A DNA stretch of 64,000 nucleotides from Trichinella spiralis (Eukaryota): positions 9,780,849 to 9,844,848 of the forward strand of contig NW_003526943.1 in the NCBI RefSeq assembly GCF_000181795.1. Direction: 5' to 3'. Every line of letters starts with the position of its first letter. Position 1 is the stretch's first letter. Shown here piece after piece: positions 39,198 to 52,776 of the stretch. The notes below the pieces were generated by a model that saw nothing but the letters and a program-made list of their open reading frames with translations, did no database searches and had not been told where the DNA came from. Both the position numbers and the translations under genes were made by a program.

Positions 39198-42100
39198 ATG
39201 ACCGAAACAGAAGAACAAAGCCGAATGTTGACATATGCGCAAGAACAGCAGCAGCAAAATTTGGATGCGAAATCTGAAAACCGACTATCCATCAGTCCAA
39301 CAAGAAATCGACGTTCAAAGCGATCTAGCTTTGTGAATACAGCTCGTACATTTGGTCATCGATGTCACTGGATTCGAGCTTGTCATATGGAAAAAGACAA
39401 GCTACTGCTATTGTTCACCGTTATTGCGTGTGTTCTTGGCCTTGTTCTTGGCATATGCTTGAGAGGCCGAAGTCCGGCGTTCACACCGCGCGAATTGATG
39501 TATTTGCGATTTCCCGGCGAATTGTTTCTACGGATGCTTCAAATGCTAATTTTACCATTAATTGTCAGCAGCATTATCAGCAGTATAGCACAGCTGAACT
39601 CCAAAACTGCCGGAGAATTGGGTTTATATACTGTTCTGTATTATTTTACAACAACTTTGTTAGCCGTTGTTGAAGGAATCATCTTAGTGATGACAATTCG
39701 ACCCGGAGACTGGTCCACAGACGTTAACATTGCTGATGATGCGCCTGAAGCAGCTCCGTGCTTAAGCAACGCAGTTGACACAATTCTTGATCTCATCAGG
39801 TAAATTACTCTTTTATCATTTCGAGTTTATTAGGAAATTAGAAACAAAAAAATGTTTTGATGCGTGACAATTGACATTAGAAATATTTCATTTTTCTGCA
39901 ATAAGATTATTGTTGTTGTTTAATTTAAATTTATGATTTGAAGCTCAATTCTTCTCTGCCATACAATTAATACAATAGTTGTCAGATTGCAATTGTGGTC
40001 ATTGATTTTACATTTATTTAGCAAAATAATTAATGTAATTGTGCAATTTAAAAATTGTTTTGCAAAATATGCAGTTTATGCCAAAGCTTTAGCGTAAATC
40101 AATTGAAGATGTATTTGATAAGCTTGCCTTGATTCAAGCTAATTTGAACACTCACACTATCTAAATACAACACCGAAGCTAGTGTTTGAATAAAATTTTC
40201 AAATATTCTTCAGTAATTGCTTAAAAATGAAATATTTTTATTATTCATTCGTGCAACAAATGAAAACTAAAGTCCATGCAAAATGTATTTATTCAGGCTT
40301 GCTACTGCAGCTATTGATAATATTAAAATATCGCAACTGTGAATGGTATTTACGTAGAAAGTCTTTTCATGAGCATTGAAATGATGATTCACTTGATTAA
40401 TAAAGAGAAAAAATATAATTGTCAGGAGATAATTTTTATAAAAATTTGAAATACGCTTATTACGTCATTTTGATTATTAACATTTTACTTCCGTTAACAC
40501 TTCAAACCTGTTTCAATGAAAGGCAAGTGATTTTCTGCGTGAAACGTTGTGTACATGTTGACAGGAAAATTGTTTTAACTGGATTTTATGTGTTTCGTCG
40601 TTGTTTTTCTTTTTTAAGCATCTTTCACTTTAAAACTCAATGCTCAACATTTGCAAACCTTGCAAAAACTTATCACCACTAGTCTGTTGACAGCATTGCT
40701 ATTTCTCGCTTTCATCATCAAAAAAATAATTCACTTCAGGCAAAATATGTTCATAATTTATGCAATCGTTCTATTGCATACTGTAATCGTTTTCATGCAA
40801 AGAATTGAAAAATAAGAATAAGAAACTGTTTCTCAATTTCACAAAGCATAAGCTATTTAGAACAATTTTAAATTAGATGCTGTTTGACTTTTGATGAAAC
40901 TTTTACTTCATATTTTTTATAAATACGAAATTGTCATATTTCTCTTTTGCAATTAGTCATATTATTAATTTAGAGTACTGTTATGTTAAAAGAATCATTA
41001 ACTACAAACTGATACATTTCTAATGCTCTATTATGTATCCTTGAATTCATTTTAAAGAAGCATTTTAAAGAAATTTATTAGTTTAATAAGCTGAAACAAT
41101 CTGTGGTAAATTTTATTGTTGATTTTAATCTTTCATTGCTGCAGTGCAGGAGGAAGTATGCGGAAATGCTTATTTTTGCACATCTGTGTATGCTAACGTT
41201 TGTATCGTGTTGAGCTATTTTCGTAATATTTTCATTCGTTATTCTTTCGTTCAAGCGACTGTTTCACAACTACAATTTATGATTTTTGTTCTGGACATTG
41301 CTTTTAGTGTTTGGTAAAGTGGAAGAATAATGCTCATTCACAACATGTGCAACTGATGTGTTGATGCCAGTTATTGAACAATGAAACATTGGCGTATGTA
41401 AATATGTCAGTTGTGAAATGATGAGAATTGAAAACGGTCAGCCAGTGCTTTTATCCAAAGTATAAACTCTTTGACAGAATGCAAGCATTTATTGATTTTA
41501 TTCGCATATCAAAACAATACTTCCAAATCAAAAGTAATCATCAGGGTTCTGTTCAATTATTATCACTGATACGCAATAACAATAATGTTCAAACACATTC
41601 ATATCTCGCAAAGAATTATAATTTCTTATTTAAAAACGTTTGACTTCTATTTTTGCATAACTTTTAAATAATCAAACATGTCTTCTTATACATATATATG
41701 CATATCTTCTTTTTCTATAAATTATATAATTTTGTAATATTAATAACATAATTAATTTGAATTTTTCTAATTTGAAATAAACATCCGCTTTGTAATATAT
41801 GATGCCGTAGTTAAGATTCATTCAATGACGAAATTTAAAGCTTAAAAAAAGCTAGAAATGTGCATCGGTGATTTTCAGCTGACTTTTGTTTATGCTTTAT
41901 TTGTTTACTTTGTTTGAATTTTGAGGCTTTTTAATACAATCAGTATTTTTTGCATTGGCTAGTTGAAGCTTATCAGCAGATATGCAACGCCCAGTTCAAA
42001 CGAGTACTTCAGTATTGAATTATTGTTAACACCTTAACGAATGATTAACTGCTTTAATAGCTGATCGCTGTTAAACCTTTTAAATTACTGATTAACTTAT

Positions 42101-44859
42101 AAAATAATATTTTGCAAAATTTGCTGATTTTGCAAATTTAACATAAATAGAATTATAAAATATGAGCTAAAATAGAAAGCAGGTTTTACTAGTAGTTGCT
42201 AATACAACAGGATTCAGAATTTGCTTTTGTAATATTGATTTTCACAAGAGAAACAATAATCTATTTATTACAATTCGTACCTGTTCGTATTAGTAAATAC
42301 ATACATGCATAATGCTGCTCTTATTTTCATGTTATTATTCAATTTTACATCAACCGTAGCACTGAAAGAGAAAGTTTTATGTTTCAAATTAAATGAATTT
42401 ATATGCGATACACAATAAGCTTTATAAATGTTTATAAATTATGTTACAGTATGGTATTTAAAATGTGATTTAAAAGATTATAGCTTTTAAGATTTTCAGA
42501 AGCATAAAAAACACAAACACTATTTCTTTAAGAAAAACTTTTGCGTGTGCTGTAGAAAGCTTGGAATAAACATAGCATATATAAATTTTTGTCATACAAA
42601 GCTAATTTGAAATAAAAACCTTTTAATTTTATTCTGCTCAAACAAAATTTATATGTATAAGATTAATCAATTCGAGTATAATTTGAAAAAAAGTTTGAAA
42701 ATAAAAAAATAATTGATAAATTTTCATGTCTGTATTACTGGTTATTATTAGGTGATATTCTTTGATAAATGCATGGGAATAATTTGTTTCCTATTTGTTT
42801 TAGGAATTTATTTCCTGAAAATCTTATCGAAGCCTGCTTTCAAAGCGTATAACAAATTTAAAAAAGTGTCGATCACTTGATGAATAAAAATGCTGCTTTA
42901 GGTTAAAACATGCATGACATTTAGCAATGTTTCTTCTGGTGGAAATGGTACTTACAAAATTCCGACCGAGATTGTTATGCAACTCAGTCAAGGTTAGTGA
43001 TGAAATTCGTTGTATTTTTTCATTTTTTTATGAATCAAAGCACTGTTGGAAACTTTTAGAAGAAAAAGATTTACTCCTCGAAGCCCCGCAAACGCGTTTA
43101 GGCAAAGGGATGAATATTCTTGGTCTTATTTTCTTCTCGGTAGTGTTTGGATTGTTTATCAGTCTTCAAGAAGAGGAAGGAGAACCACTGAGAGATTTTT
43201 TCAAATCTCTCGAAAGCGTCATGATGAAAATGATTGCTGTTGTCATTTGGTAATTTAGAGTAGAAAATAATTAAAATCACCCTCTTCATAATTCAAAATT
43301 TAATGAAATATCTGAGGTGGTGGAAAATAATTTCCAAATTTTACAGCAAATTTTCTTTTTTTCATTTTTGCCATATTTTATCAATTTCGTTTGTTTCGTT
43401 TTTGTTTCACATTGAACAACATAATAATATCATTGGCATCCACATCTAACAAATTAGACACATAACAACCAGTTTAATATAAATGTCAAACAATATAAAT
43501 GAGACTTTCACTTTTAATGTGCAGAAAATGATCCAAATTGTAGGTATGCACCTGCAGGAATTATTTTTCTTACTGCTCATCAAATAGTTGTATTCAAAGA
43601 CCCAGTCAAAGAGCTGCAAAGATTAGTTGGCTATATGATAACAGTGCTAAGTGGGCTAGCAATTCATGCATTTGTCATTTTACCACTTATAATGCTTCTT
43701 GTTGCTCGGCGTAATCCAATAAAATATGCATATGGAATACTGCCAGCTCTTTTGACCGCACTTGGGACATCATCGAGGTAAATTCATTTTCTGTTTAAAC
43801 GGCTTTACAAACTTTATTCAATGAAAATTTTCCAGTTCGGCAACACTACCTCTGACAATCAAATGCTGTGAAAAAAATAATGGGGTAGATCCGAGAGTAA
43901 CGCGCTTCGTCTTGCCTCTTGGTGCTACAATTAACATGGATGGAACGGCACTGTATGAAGCTGTCGCAGCATTATACATAGCACAGACATTAAAAATTGA
44001 TCTGTCATTTGGTCATGTTATACTTGTCAGGTAAAATTGCAAAAAGATATTTTTCTCGATACTTTCTAAAATGGAACGTCGAAAATTATTTTAATATTTA
44101 TTAAATAACATATTTAAGATGAATAAATCATTCACTCATAAATCAGCTTGAATAAGCAGTGCAGTTAGTACTCACTGCCCAAAAGTAACATTCAATAATG
44201 ATACTATTTGAAATCTTTAATAATTTAATCTATTATCTACAAATTAATAATATTTTGAATACTTAAGGAAAAGATTTTCAACATCTCTCTTCTATGATTT
44301 TAATAATAATAATAATGTATTATTGAAAAATACTCAAAAATAGAATGAATATAAAATACAAATATAGAAAATAGTGAATTGGTAATCAATAAACTGATTT
44401 ATTAGCATATAATATATTTTATAAATTTTCTTTTCTACTACGTTAAAATTTTTATAGTTTGACAGCTACATTAGCAAGCATTGGTGCAGCCGGCATCCCG
44501 CAAGCTGGAATTGTTACAATGCTTATGGTGCTCATGGCCATTGGTCTACCAACAAAATATTTCATTCTCATCATTCCGGTCGATTGGTTTCTGTAAGCTA
44601 CAACAATCATGATAAAAGGTAAAACAAAAGCAACAATCAAAAGGTTTTCAATTTCAGGGATCGAATCCGAACCACGGTGAACGTTTTCGGTGACAGTTTG
44701 GGAGCCGGTGTGGTGCACAAATTATGCATAAATTATCTGATCAAATCTGATGAAGAACGTGCTAGAAAATATTCGGTTATTGATGGTCAGTTTAGCAGAA
44801 AAAGAATCTGTTCAACAAGCAACGCTGAGGCTGATTCAACTCAACTCTCAGCATTGTAA
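39198..44859 (+). CDS. Excitatory amino acid (glutamate) transporter, SLC1/EAAT family, multi-exon
   Basis: [91 protein letters not shown] (retains the TM8 Arg that selects acidic substrates). Confidence 0.93.
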
Positions 44860-45253
44860 AAAATGTGCTCATTGCATACATTTACAAAATTTGTCCTTCC
44901 ATCTCATGGCAAAAACGAGATAGAAAATCTGAACGTGTTGTTTATGGTTTTAGCAAAATCACACACATTTTAATTATGGATAGTAATCAATTGAACTAAT
45001 GTTGATTTATTATTTTGTAAATAAAATTAAATTAAAAAGCCTATCAAAGTTAAATTTTTCAATCGATTTAATTTCATCAACAATTGAAAAATAATTTCTT
45101 GCAAAAATATTAAACTTCAATTTGCATATTAAATTATTCAACTAAAAGCTCTTCATAAATTCTTCCATTAATCAGTAATTTATTAAAACTTTATAAACAA
45201 AAAAATTTATGAACAAATATAAAATTCCATTTTTAATGACGACAATTAAAAAA

Positions 45254-46605
45254 CTACAACTGAGCCTTAACAACTCCAACCTGTGCGGCTCTTAAACATC
45301 GTTGGTGAAGCATGTAGCCTATTTTTTGAACAACTGCTACAGTCCCTGGCTCTTTTACTGGATCGGGTACTTCAAAAACTGCTTCATGAAAATTAGGATT
45401 GAATTTCTCATTTATAGGATTCACTGGCGTAACCCCATATTTCTGAAAGATTTTCAAAAGTTGTGTATTTGTCAACAGCACTCCATCATGTAAATTTTTC
45501 AATTCTGGTTGACTATTCTTTAAAACTTCTTCAGAAACTGAATCAGCTGCGAGACGCAAAATATCGGCAATCTAAAATAAAAAAAGCAAATTATTTAAGT
45601 GCATTCTACAATTATGAAAAATAAACAGACATTTTAAATTCACATAATATACTTTACAGTGCACATAAAACCCTGAACATCAAATACTATTATAAACTAC
45701 CGTAATTGATCACAAACAATTAAAAATTCACATTCCGAGACGCTAGTTTTTTAAATGCAAAATATTCTTCAGTGCGAATAAATTCAACTTAATATTTAAA
45801 TGTTAATTATTTAAAAAAATACGGAAAAATTAGATAACATTTATTTGTTTTTCCTAATTTGATGTAAAGTTAAAAACGGTTTCTTTAATAAATTCGATTT
45901 CATACTTCCAAAAGATCTTTGCAAAATGCCTGTAAACTGAATAACTTGACTTCTTCAAGTTGACGGACCATTCGAGCTCGCAAGTTTTCATTCTCTGCCA
46001 AAGATCTCTTGTACTTGTCCTAATCAAAGCCCAATAACATTAAACGAGAAAAATTACATTTTACATTAGCATGCTACATATTACATAAAAATCGAACTAA
46101 TGCGAATAATTAAATAAAAATAATGTATAACGAACATGCTTCATGCAGAAATGATATTATTAATTAATTATAGCAAGTTTAGAATGCTAAAAAATAACAA
46201 ATGTACATTTATCAGCATTACATACAAGCACACTGTAAGCATTATACGTGCCTCTAATTCTTTCATTTTCTTTTCCAACTGAACATTTTTATCATTCAAG
46301 GCAGCAGAAGCCTCCGCTGCTTCCTTATCCGAATCAGCATTGCAAGTCTGTGGACCATCTCCATCCTTTTTAGATTTATCTGCGACAATAGTTTCTTCAT
46401 GTGACTGTGCAGAATAGTACTTCAGTGTTCGTGCAGAATAAACAGGTGCACTCAAAAATGGTCTTCTGTAAATGTTTTTAAACTTAATTATAAAAATTTA
46501 TCAAGTGCTTGCTCATTACTTTGTGCATGAGGGACAAAAATTTGAACCGTAACGAACAACCTTTTGAAATACATTGCAGGTTATCATTAAACGGCTGCAC
46601 GACAT
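45254..46605 (-). CDS. grpE: Mitochondrial GrpE nucleotide exchange factor, multi-exon
   Basis: DKYKRSLAENENLRARMVRQLEEVKLFSLQAFCKDLLE; FNPNFHEAVF...PGTVAVVQKIGYMLHQRCLRAAQVGV; basic N-terminus resembling a mitochondrial presequence. Confidence 0.92.
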
Positions 46606-47649
46606 TTTGTGTTTTCTTAAACAAAACCAATGAAAAATAGTAGAAATCGAGTTAAAAAAAGATACATTGTAATAAATATGATGTTCTACACTTTAGTTAA
46701 GATTTAGTTTGAAGGTGGCTGCATCATCCGACACAGATCCTATATGAAGTTAGCAAATAAAATTCTCTTTAAGTTACTAAAAATTAAAACATTCTGAAAA
46801 AGTAACCATACATACATACAACGCACTATATATATATGGATTATGATAACATTGTAACTGAAAAAATTTTGAAATCATACTAAAAAGCATTTTTTATAAA
46901 ATGCCACTGAAAAACAATTTAAAATAAATGTGATTCAATAATTTATAAAAATTATAATTTATGAAAAAAATTCTAGCAAATTATAAAAACCTAAACAGCT
47001 CTATTTATCCAATATTCTGACACTTTTCGACAACGAAAATTATTACTAACATAACATTTTCTTATTTCAATTATTGCGTGAAATGTCTGTGAAATGGTAA
47101 GATGAAAAATATTTCAAAAATCATGAATTACTATAAATCAGAATGCATAACATAAAGCATGATGGTAGTTAGTAATGAGGCTGTAATAACACAGTATGAC
47201 CAAAATGAAATAAAGGTTTGTTCTCATTAGTGAGCTTCTGAAAGTTACTAAAAAGAATCATTTTTCATTGAAAAATGCAACATAAGATTAAAATTGTAAG
47301 AAAATATTTCAGTGCAATTTTTTAGCGGATCCTACTTAAGTCTGTGAGCTACTTTACTGAGACTGAAATGCAAATAATCAGTATTCATACTAAAGATGAT
47401 AAGAATATTAAAATACATTTAAAGTGCATCTTTTGCATAATAATAAATAAGAAAACATTGACAAAATGCAATATGAGCGTTCACTTGAGTTGCTTTGCTA
47501 AACCAAGATGAATTTTGGGGCAACAAGTATTTTTGAGTTCTGATTTAGTTGAAATTTAAAAGAAATTTTAGATTTAATTTTAGAAAATCAAATGTTTAGA
47601 AAAAATGCATAATGTGTGGGAAAATATCATATTTGTAGTGCTCTTTTGG

Positions 47650-49640
47650 ACTGCGTTGGATCTACTCGTATTGTTAACACGTTTAGCACGTTAATAACAA
47701 TATACAAGATGAAAGCATTACAGATTACATATTATTAAGATTACAAGATTAACAATACACCTCGGTTTGGTGCTTCTGAACGTTGTTGTGATTTCAGTTG
47801 TACTGTCTGTTGTTTCTGCTTCCCATTTTGTTCCTCCTCTTTTCGAAGATCTCACTTCTGTACTTTCGTTTGTCTTTTATCTCTTCTGGACTAGCATAAC
47901 GACCGCGATCTACGTGACTATCGAGGTACCTCACCTTCTGGCCTTTCGGGTATTATACGATACTGGTCCAGTTTTTCAATTACTGCCGGAATGTATCTCT
48001 TTTCGTCTAAGTATTTCTTGATGTATACTGGTTCGTTTGAGTGGAAAGCTCTTGTTTTCTTATGATTCTCCGTATTTCTCTAATGAATATTTTCCCTTTT
48101 CCATGATATTGCAGTGCTGTCGAGATGCGGGTTTTTTGTTCTTCATCTGTGATGCATTAGCAATTCTGCTGGACTCAATCCTGTTTTGCTGTTTGGGGTT
48201 ATTTGTTGGCTTAGCATGAATTTTGCAAGATGTAAATTCCAGTTTCCTTTTACTATTATTTTTAGTGCTTGTACCATGAGCTCAGCCTGCCAGTTTGAAG
48301 CTGGTGATACGGAGCGGTTGTAGCATATCTGATTGAGTTGGAAACAATGAAATAATGAAATTCGTTTGACGTAAATGCTGTATTGTGTGAGTGGCTGTCC
48401 TGGATAAAATGACCCACTTGGTCACATGTCCAACAGGTGTGGCGGTCGCTGCTTTGCCGACAGCTTTGTTTTTACTGTGGCGTTGATTTCTCCTGCTAGC
48501 AGCTCTTTCACTTTCATTGCTAGCTTGTCTATGTCGCTTGGCTGCTCCGCGTGTATCGCTGCCACTGCCCCTGTTTTTGTCTCGTCCTCATGATCTGAGG
48601 TTTCCTTCCAAGCGTCGGCTGACACAACTGCGTTAGAGGCGGTGACTTGATTTATCATGATCTTCTTGCGAACCCTCTTTTCAAAGCTATCTGGTAATAT
48701 TGTAAACTTAATCATGTCCTGGTGGATTTCGGCTTTGAATTTTTGTAGCAGAATGTCATCTGCTTGATCTTTCAACTGTGGGAACGCCTTGGGGAGTAAT
48801 CGTTTCAACGTACTCTTCGACACTCTCGTTTTTCCGTTGTCGCCGGTTAATAAATTCATTCATGTATGGTCCCTCTGAGCTATTTACATCGAATATTCTA
48901 AACAGTGTCAATTTCAACTTATCATAATCGTCAATCTCTTCCACTTCCATCGCCGATAACACGTCCCCCATGGCTTCGTCCATGTGGTATTGCACCGTAG
49001 CAGCTCTATGGTTATCAGGAACATCTGCCGCTCGGAAGTACCTTTCCAAGCGGATGAACCAACGTTCGACATCAAAAGACTGCGTAAGCGCTTCCGGCGG
49101 CATTATCCAAAGTGGATTCTCTAAAATCCTGCCGTGCTCACCAATTTTAGCGCTGCCCGGTGCCTTGTCCATTATACACGATACAGGTATTATGTTTAAT
49201 GGCTAATCTGAATGTATACAGATATCGTAATGCCCGCTGGCGCCACTCGCAGGCTTTATTCACCACACACTCGCACATATATTACTTCCTTTTTCTGGAC
49301 CCTATAAAAACGCATTTGATGTTCAGGTACCATCGCCACAGAGGCACTGGCAATTATTTTTGCTGGGAACTGGGACTTTTGGAACCACATATGACGGCGG
49401 AAGAACGGAATTGTATCTGCACATCTTACTAATATTTTTGTAGGCCTACGCATCGTAGGGAACGCGGCAAAGTTGATTGCTCACGGAGCTGCGGTTCTGC
49501 TATCTTGATTGTCATTGCTGTATTCCTCTCCGTTGTTTTTGTGTATAGTAAACACTTAACCCTTCGTGATGGTCCGTAATTATACCGCAATAGCGCAATC
49601 CAATACCACAGACAATGTCGCCTAGAATGCTACGTTGCAG
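47650..49640 (-). mobile_element. Decayed Gypsy-like LTR retroelement (LTR, PBS, frameshifted gag); boundaries approximate
   Basis: Minus strand AATAAA...TGGCGCCAGCGGG (PBS-like, about 49233-49245); gag-like PPEALTQSFDVERWFIRLERYFRAADVP, RRQRKNESVEEY; degenerate knuckle CWTCDQVGHFIQDS near 48395-48435. Confidence 0.7.
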
Positions 49641-50707
49641 TCTGCAATTAAGCGCTTATATATGAACTTTGTTTCAAAATAAGAAAATATTTGGCAAAAT
49701 CTGATGCGTTGAATAGACGTGTTTTTTTTGTGTTATTGGGTTCTGTTTACTTTGAATAGTCATATTATTTGTTTAAGCGTTTTTATTATTATTTAGTAGA
49801 TCTAGTAAGGTTTGGTCCTCATCGGTGTAAACTGGCTGAACAAACCCACACGATACACAGTAAAACCCAAATAAGTTAATCTAAAAAATTACAAAGTGCA
49901 TTCAATTTGAAATTTGACAAGCTTCAGTAATGTTCAGTAAGTTAGATTAGAATTTTTCACATTAATACTGATTATATATATTGCATTATTATTATTATTT
50001 AATTTGCATTATAAGATTATTTCATATCTCTGGCAGAGTGCTACCACCGAACAGCGCGATTCAATTTTGAATGCCCTTATTTTACTCAAAAAGTCTATTC
50101 AATTTATTTGATGTGAGACTGTTTCATACTAAAATACTAACTTAATCAATGAACTCATGAATGAATTTTAATTCTGAGATTTCGCGAACTGCAAACGCAT
50201 AAGAAAAAACTTGGTTAAAAAAGACAGCGAATATAGTATTAATTACATTACAATTTTAAAGGAACCGTCTGCTTTTTATAACTAATTATCTGACAAATCC
50301 GTGCTTACGCCAGCAAAAATGTTATTTCAAATTATTAAAATTAATAAGCAAAAATTATGTAAATATTTAATAAAGTATATTTGTTTATTTCTATTTAAGC
50401 TAAAATTTCAAAATTAAACTTAATTATTAGAATTACAGTATTCTTATTTGTAAATCAAGCAAAACTAAAATTTTGCGTACATTATTTGCTTGCAGTAAAT
50501 AAGTTGTTCATCTATTTGTCTGTTGTCTTTCAATCTATAATATCACTTTTATAATGTTTTTACATTGCTTATTTGTACATAACGAAAGTTTGTATTCACT
50601 TTACAATTCACAATTGATACGCTTTGAAAATGACAGCATTTTTGTCTTTTTCTTTTGTTTTGCATTTGGTTGGTATTTTGTAATTTATAATTTTAAGCTT
50701 ATTCATC

Positions 50708-52548
50708 ATGAGCCGCAAAAGGAAACATGAATCACCATGTACCTTGGGTAACGTATTTGACGATATTGTAAGTGCTTTCTTCCAGTGTAAGTTTTATGTT
50801 ATTTCTTTCTGCGCTGCTGTTTATTGTTTGCTTTGTTACTAATGTCATTCTGTTTTCTTTATTCTAAAATTCTTTTTATATTTGGAAGGAAATCATGCAT
50901 TATATGTTTTTGCAAATTGAAATGATAAAATAGTATGATAGTATGAGATGATAACTCTAAATTGTGGTAGAATTCAAGTAGAATTACATTTTTATAAATT
51001 TTATTTTGATTGTGTAATTCATATAATATAATATAATATAATATAATATAATATAATATAATATAATATAGCATAGCATAGCATAATATGCTATTACTAT
51101 ACTACAAAACAGATATTTCAAGTATCATAATTTATAACAAAAATATTATTTGTGGAGTATCTCATTCTATGGCTATCATTATTAATTATAATTTGATGTT
51201 TTTGGTGTAATTTATTTTGTATTAAAAGATTACCACTTATTTATATAGAAGTTAATTATTACATTTTGCACAGATGCGGCCCAAAAAGAAGTAGTGAAAA
51301 ATCGCGCTATTTTGGTAAGGATGTTGCATGCATCTGTATTTTAGAAATAAATTGGTTTATTTAGCGAAGACGATACAGAAAAGTTTTGAAATCAAGGAAG
51401 CATAATAAAAGAGTAGCTAAATTGTGAGTAGATTTTATCATGTTACTGTTTGGTGAAATAATGGCTGTTTCAGAAAGTATAATAAAGGGAAAATATGTAT
51501 ATTTTTTAGAAAATGTTTTGCAAGGATGCGTTTTCTTTTGCAAAATGGAAAGTTGATGATTTACGGTACAATTCCAGATGGAAAATCTTGTCCTCTTTGT
51601 AGTTTTGTAGGACAGTCAACTTATCATTTGGTTTCACATTTGAAGCAAACCCACACATCTTTCAAATATAAATATTATGTATTATTATATGCATATTTAA
51701 AATTGTTCGTAGTTATTTTACATTAGAATTTATTTAGTGCAAACATAAAGTTATTGAAGTCACGCCTAACATACCTGACTCTGAAATTATATCGATTTCG
51801 GTAAGTTTTTCATTAATTATTCATTTTTAATTCGATTTTTTTCAGGATCAAGACGCCTAGAAAATTTTGATAGAATTGATGTTATTGCTGATTTGACGCT
51901 TTTTATCATAAGACGAACATTATGAGAATAACAGATTATGAAATTGTATTGGAATAAAAAGAATAGTATACACGAAAATTGTTTTGTTAAATGTGACATA
52001 AGTGAATTATTCTATAATTCATTTATTTTTTGAAAATACTTTTTAAGTTTTCATGTCGATGCTCATGGTTCATCATACTTAACTTTCTGTGTAAGAGTGA
52101 TGAAAGTTGCTATTTGCAATCTTGTCTAATTATGCGTAAGTGAAAATTTAGTATAGTAATGTTAATTGTACTTGAAAATCGGTTTTTGCATACTGTATCA
52201 GTGGTTGAATATTCTGCTGCAAATGATTTTTGCTGACATTTATTATACAAATATGATTGTGATGGAATTGTTAAATGCACTTATTTATAACACTTTCAGA
52301 ATAAGATGCAGTAAATTTTGCTGCGTGTGCCGCACTTTATTGTGGGTAGGTGAGTTCTTTGTAATTTTGTAAACGGAAAGCTTACATGAATAGCTTTAGA
52401 TTTACAACTAGGTCACCGTTATAAATTGGTAATGTTTGCAGGGTTGAATTTTATTCAAACAGAAAATTTTCGATCATTTTACGCTAAATTAGTCGAAAGC
52501 GTTAACGAAGTTAACGAAATTCTTAATTTACAGTTTCTAGTTGTTTGA
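50708..52548 (+). pseudogene. SUZ12-like (C2H2 zinc finger + VEFS-like) gene, apparently disrupted; 3' end approximate
   Basis: RMRFLLQNGKLMIYGTIPDGKSCPLCSFVGQSTYHLVSHLKQTHTSFKYKYY|CKHKVIEVTPN lines up by eye with the SUZ12 finger region; downstream FYHKTNIMRITDYEI and YSNVNCT*KSVF resemble VEFS pieces but lie in broken frames. Confidence 0.5.
51020..51088. repeat. (ATATA)n followed by (GCATA)n pentanucleotide microsatellite
   Basis: About 10 atata units followed by gcatagcatagcata, in an intron-like region. Confidence 0.9.
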
Positions 52549-52776
52549 CGTCAGTTGCCGTACAGTGGACTTGTTTATCTGTATTCAGTTGTCAATTTGA
52601 ATTCGCTGTGAATTTTGCTATTAATCAGTGAGCTTCCTTCAGCGACGAGTTCAGCTTTTGATATATAATAATTTATGTAAACAATGACTGTCTTGGTTGG
52701 TTTGTTGAATGCAGGTGTGTATTTTTGGTATTTTTTCTTTAGAACATTTTGTTTAATCGGTGAATACTGGCGTTTC

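Noticed and set aside
22555..44859. Glutamate receptor-family gene near a glutamate transporter as a functional cluster
   Set aside because: The receptor is IR25a-type, the genes are 11 kb apart with unrelated sequence between, and nothing shows co-regulation
50859..51074. ORF with YYIIL repeats
   Set aside because: Translation of the (ATATA)n microsatellite
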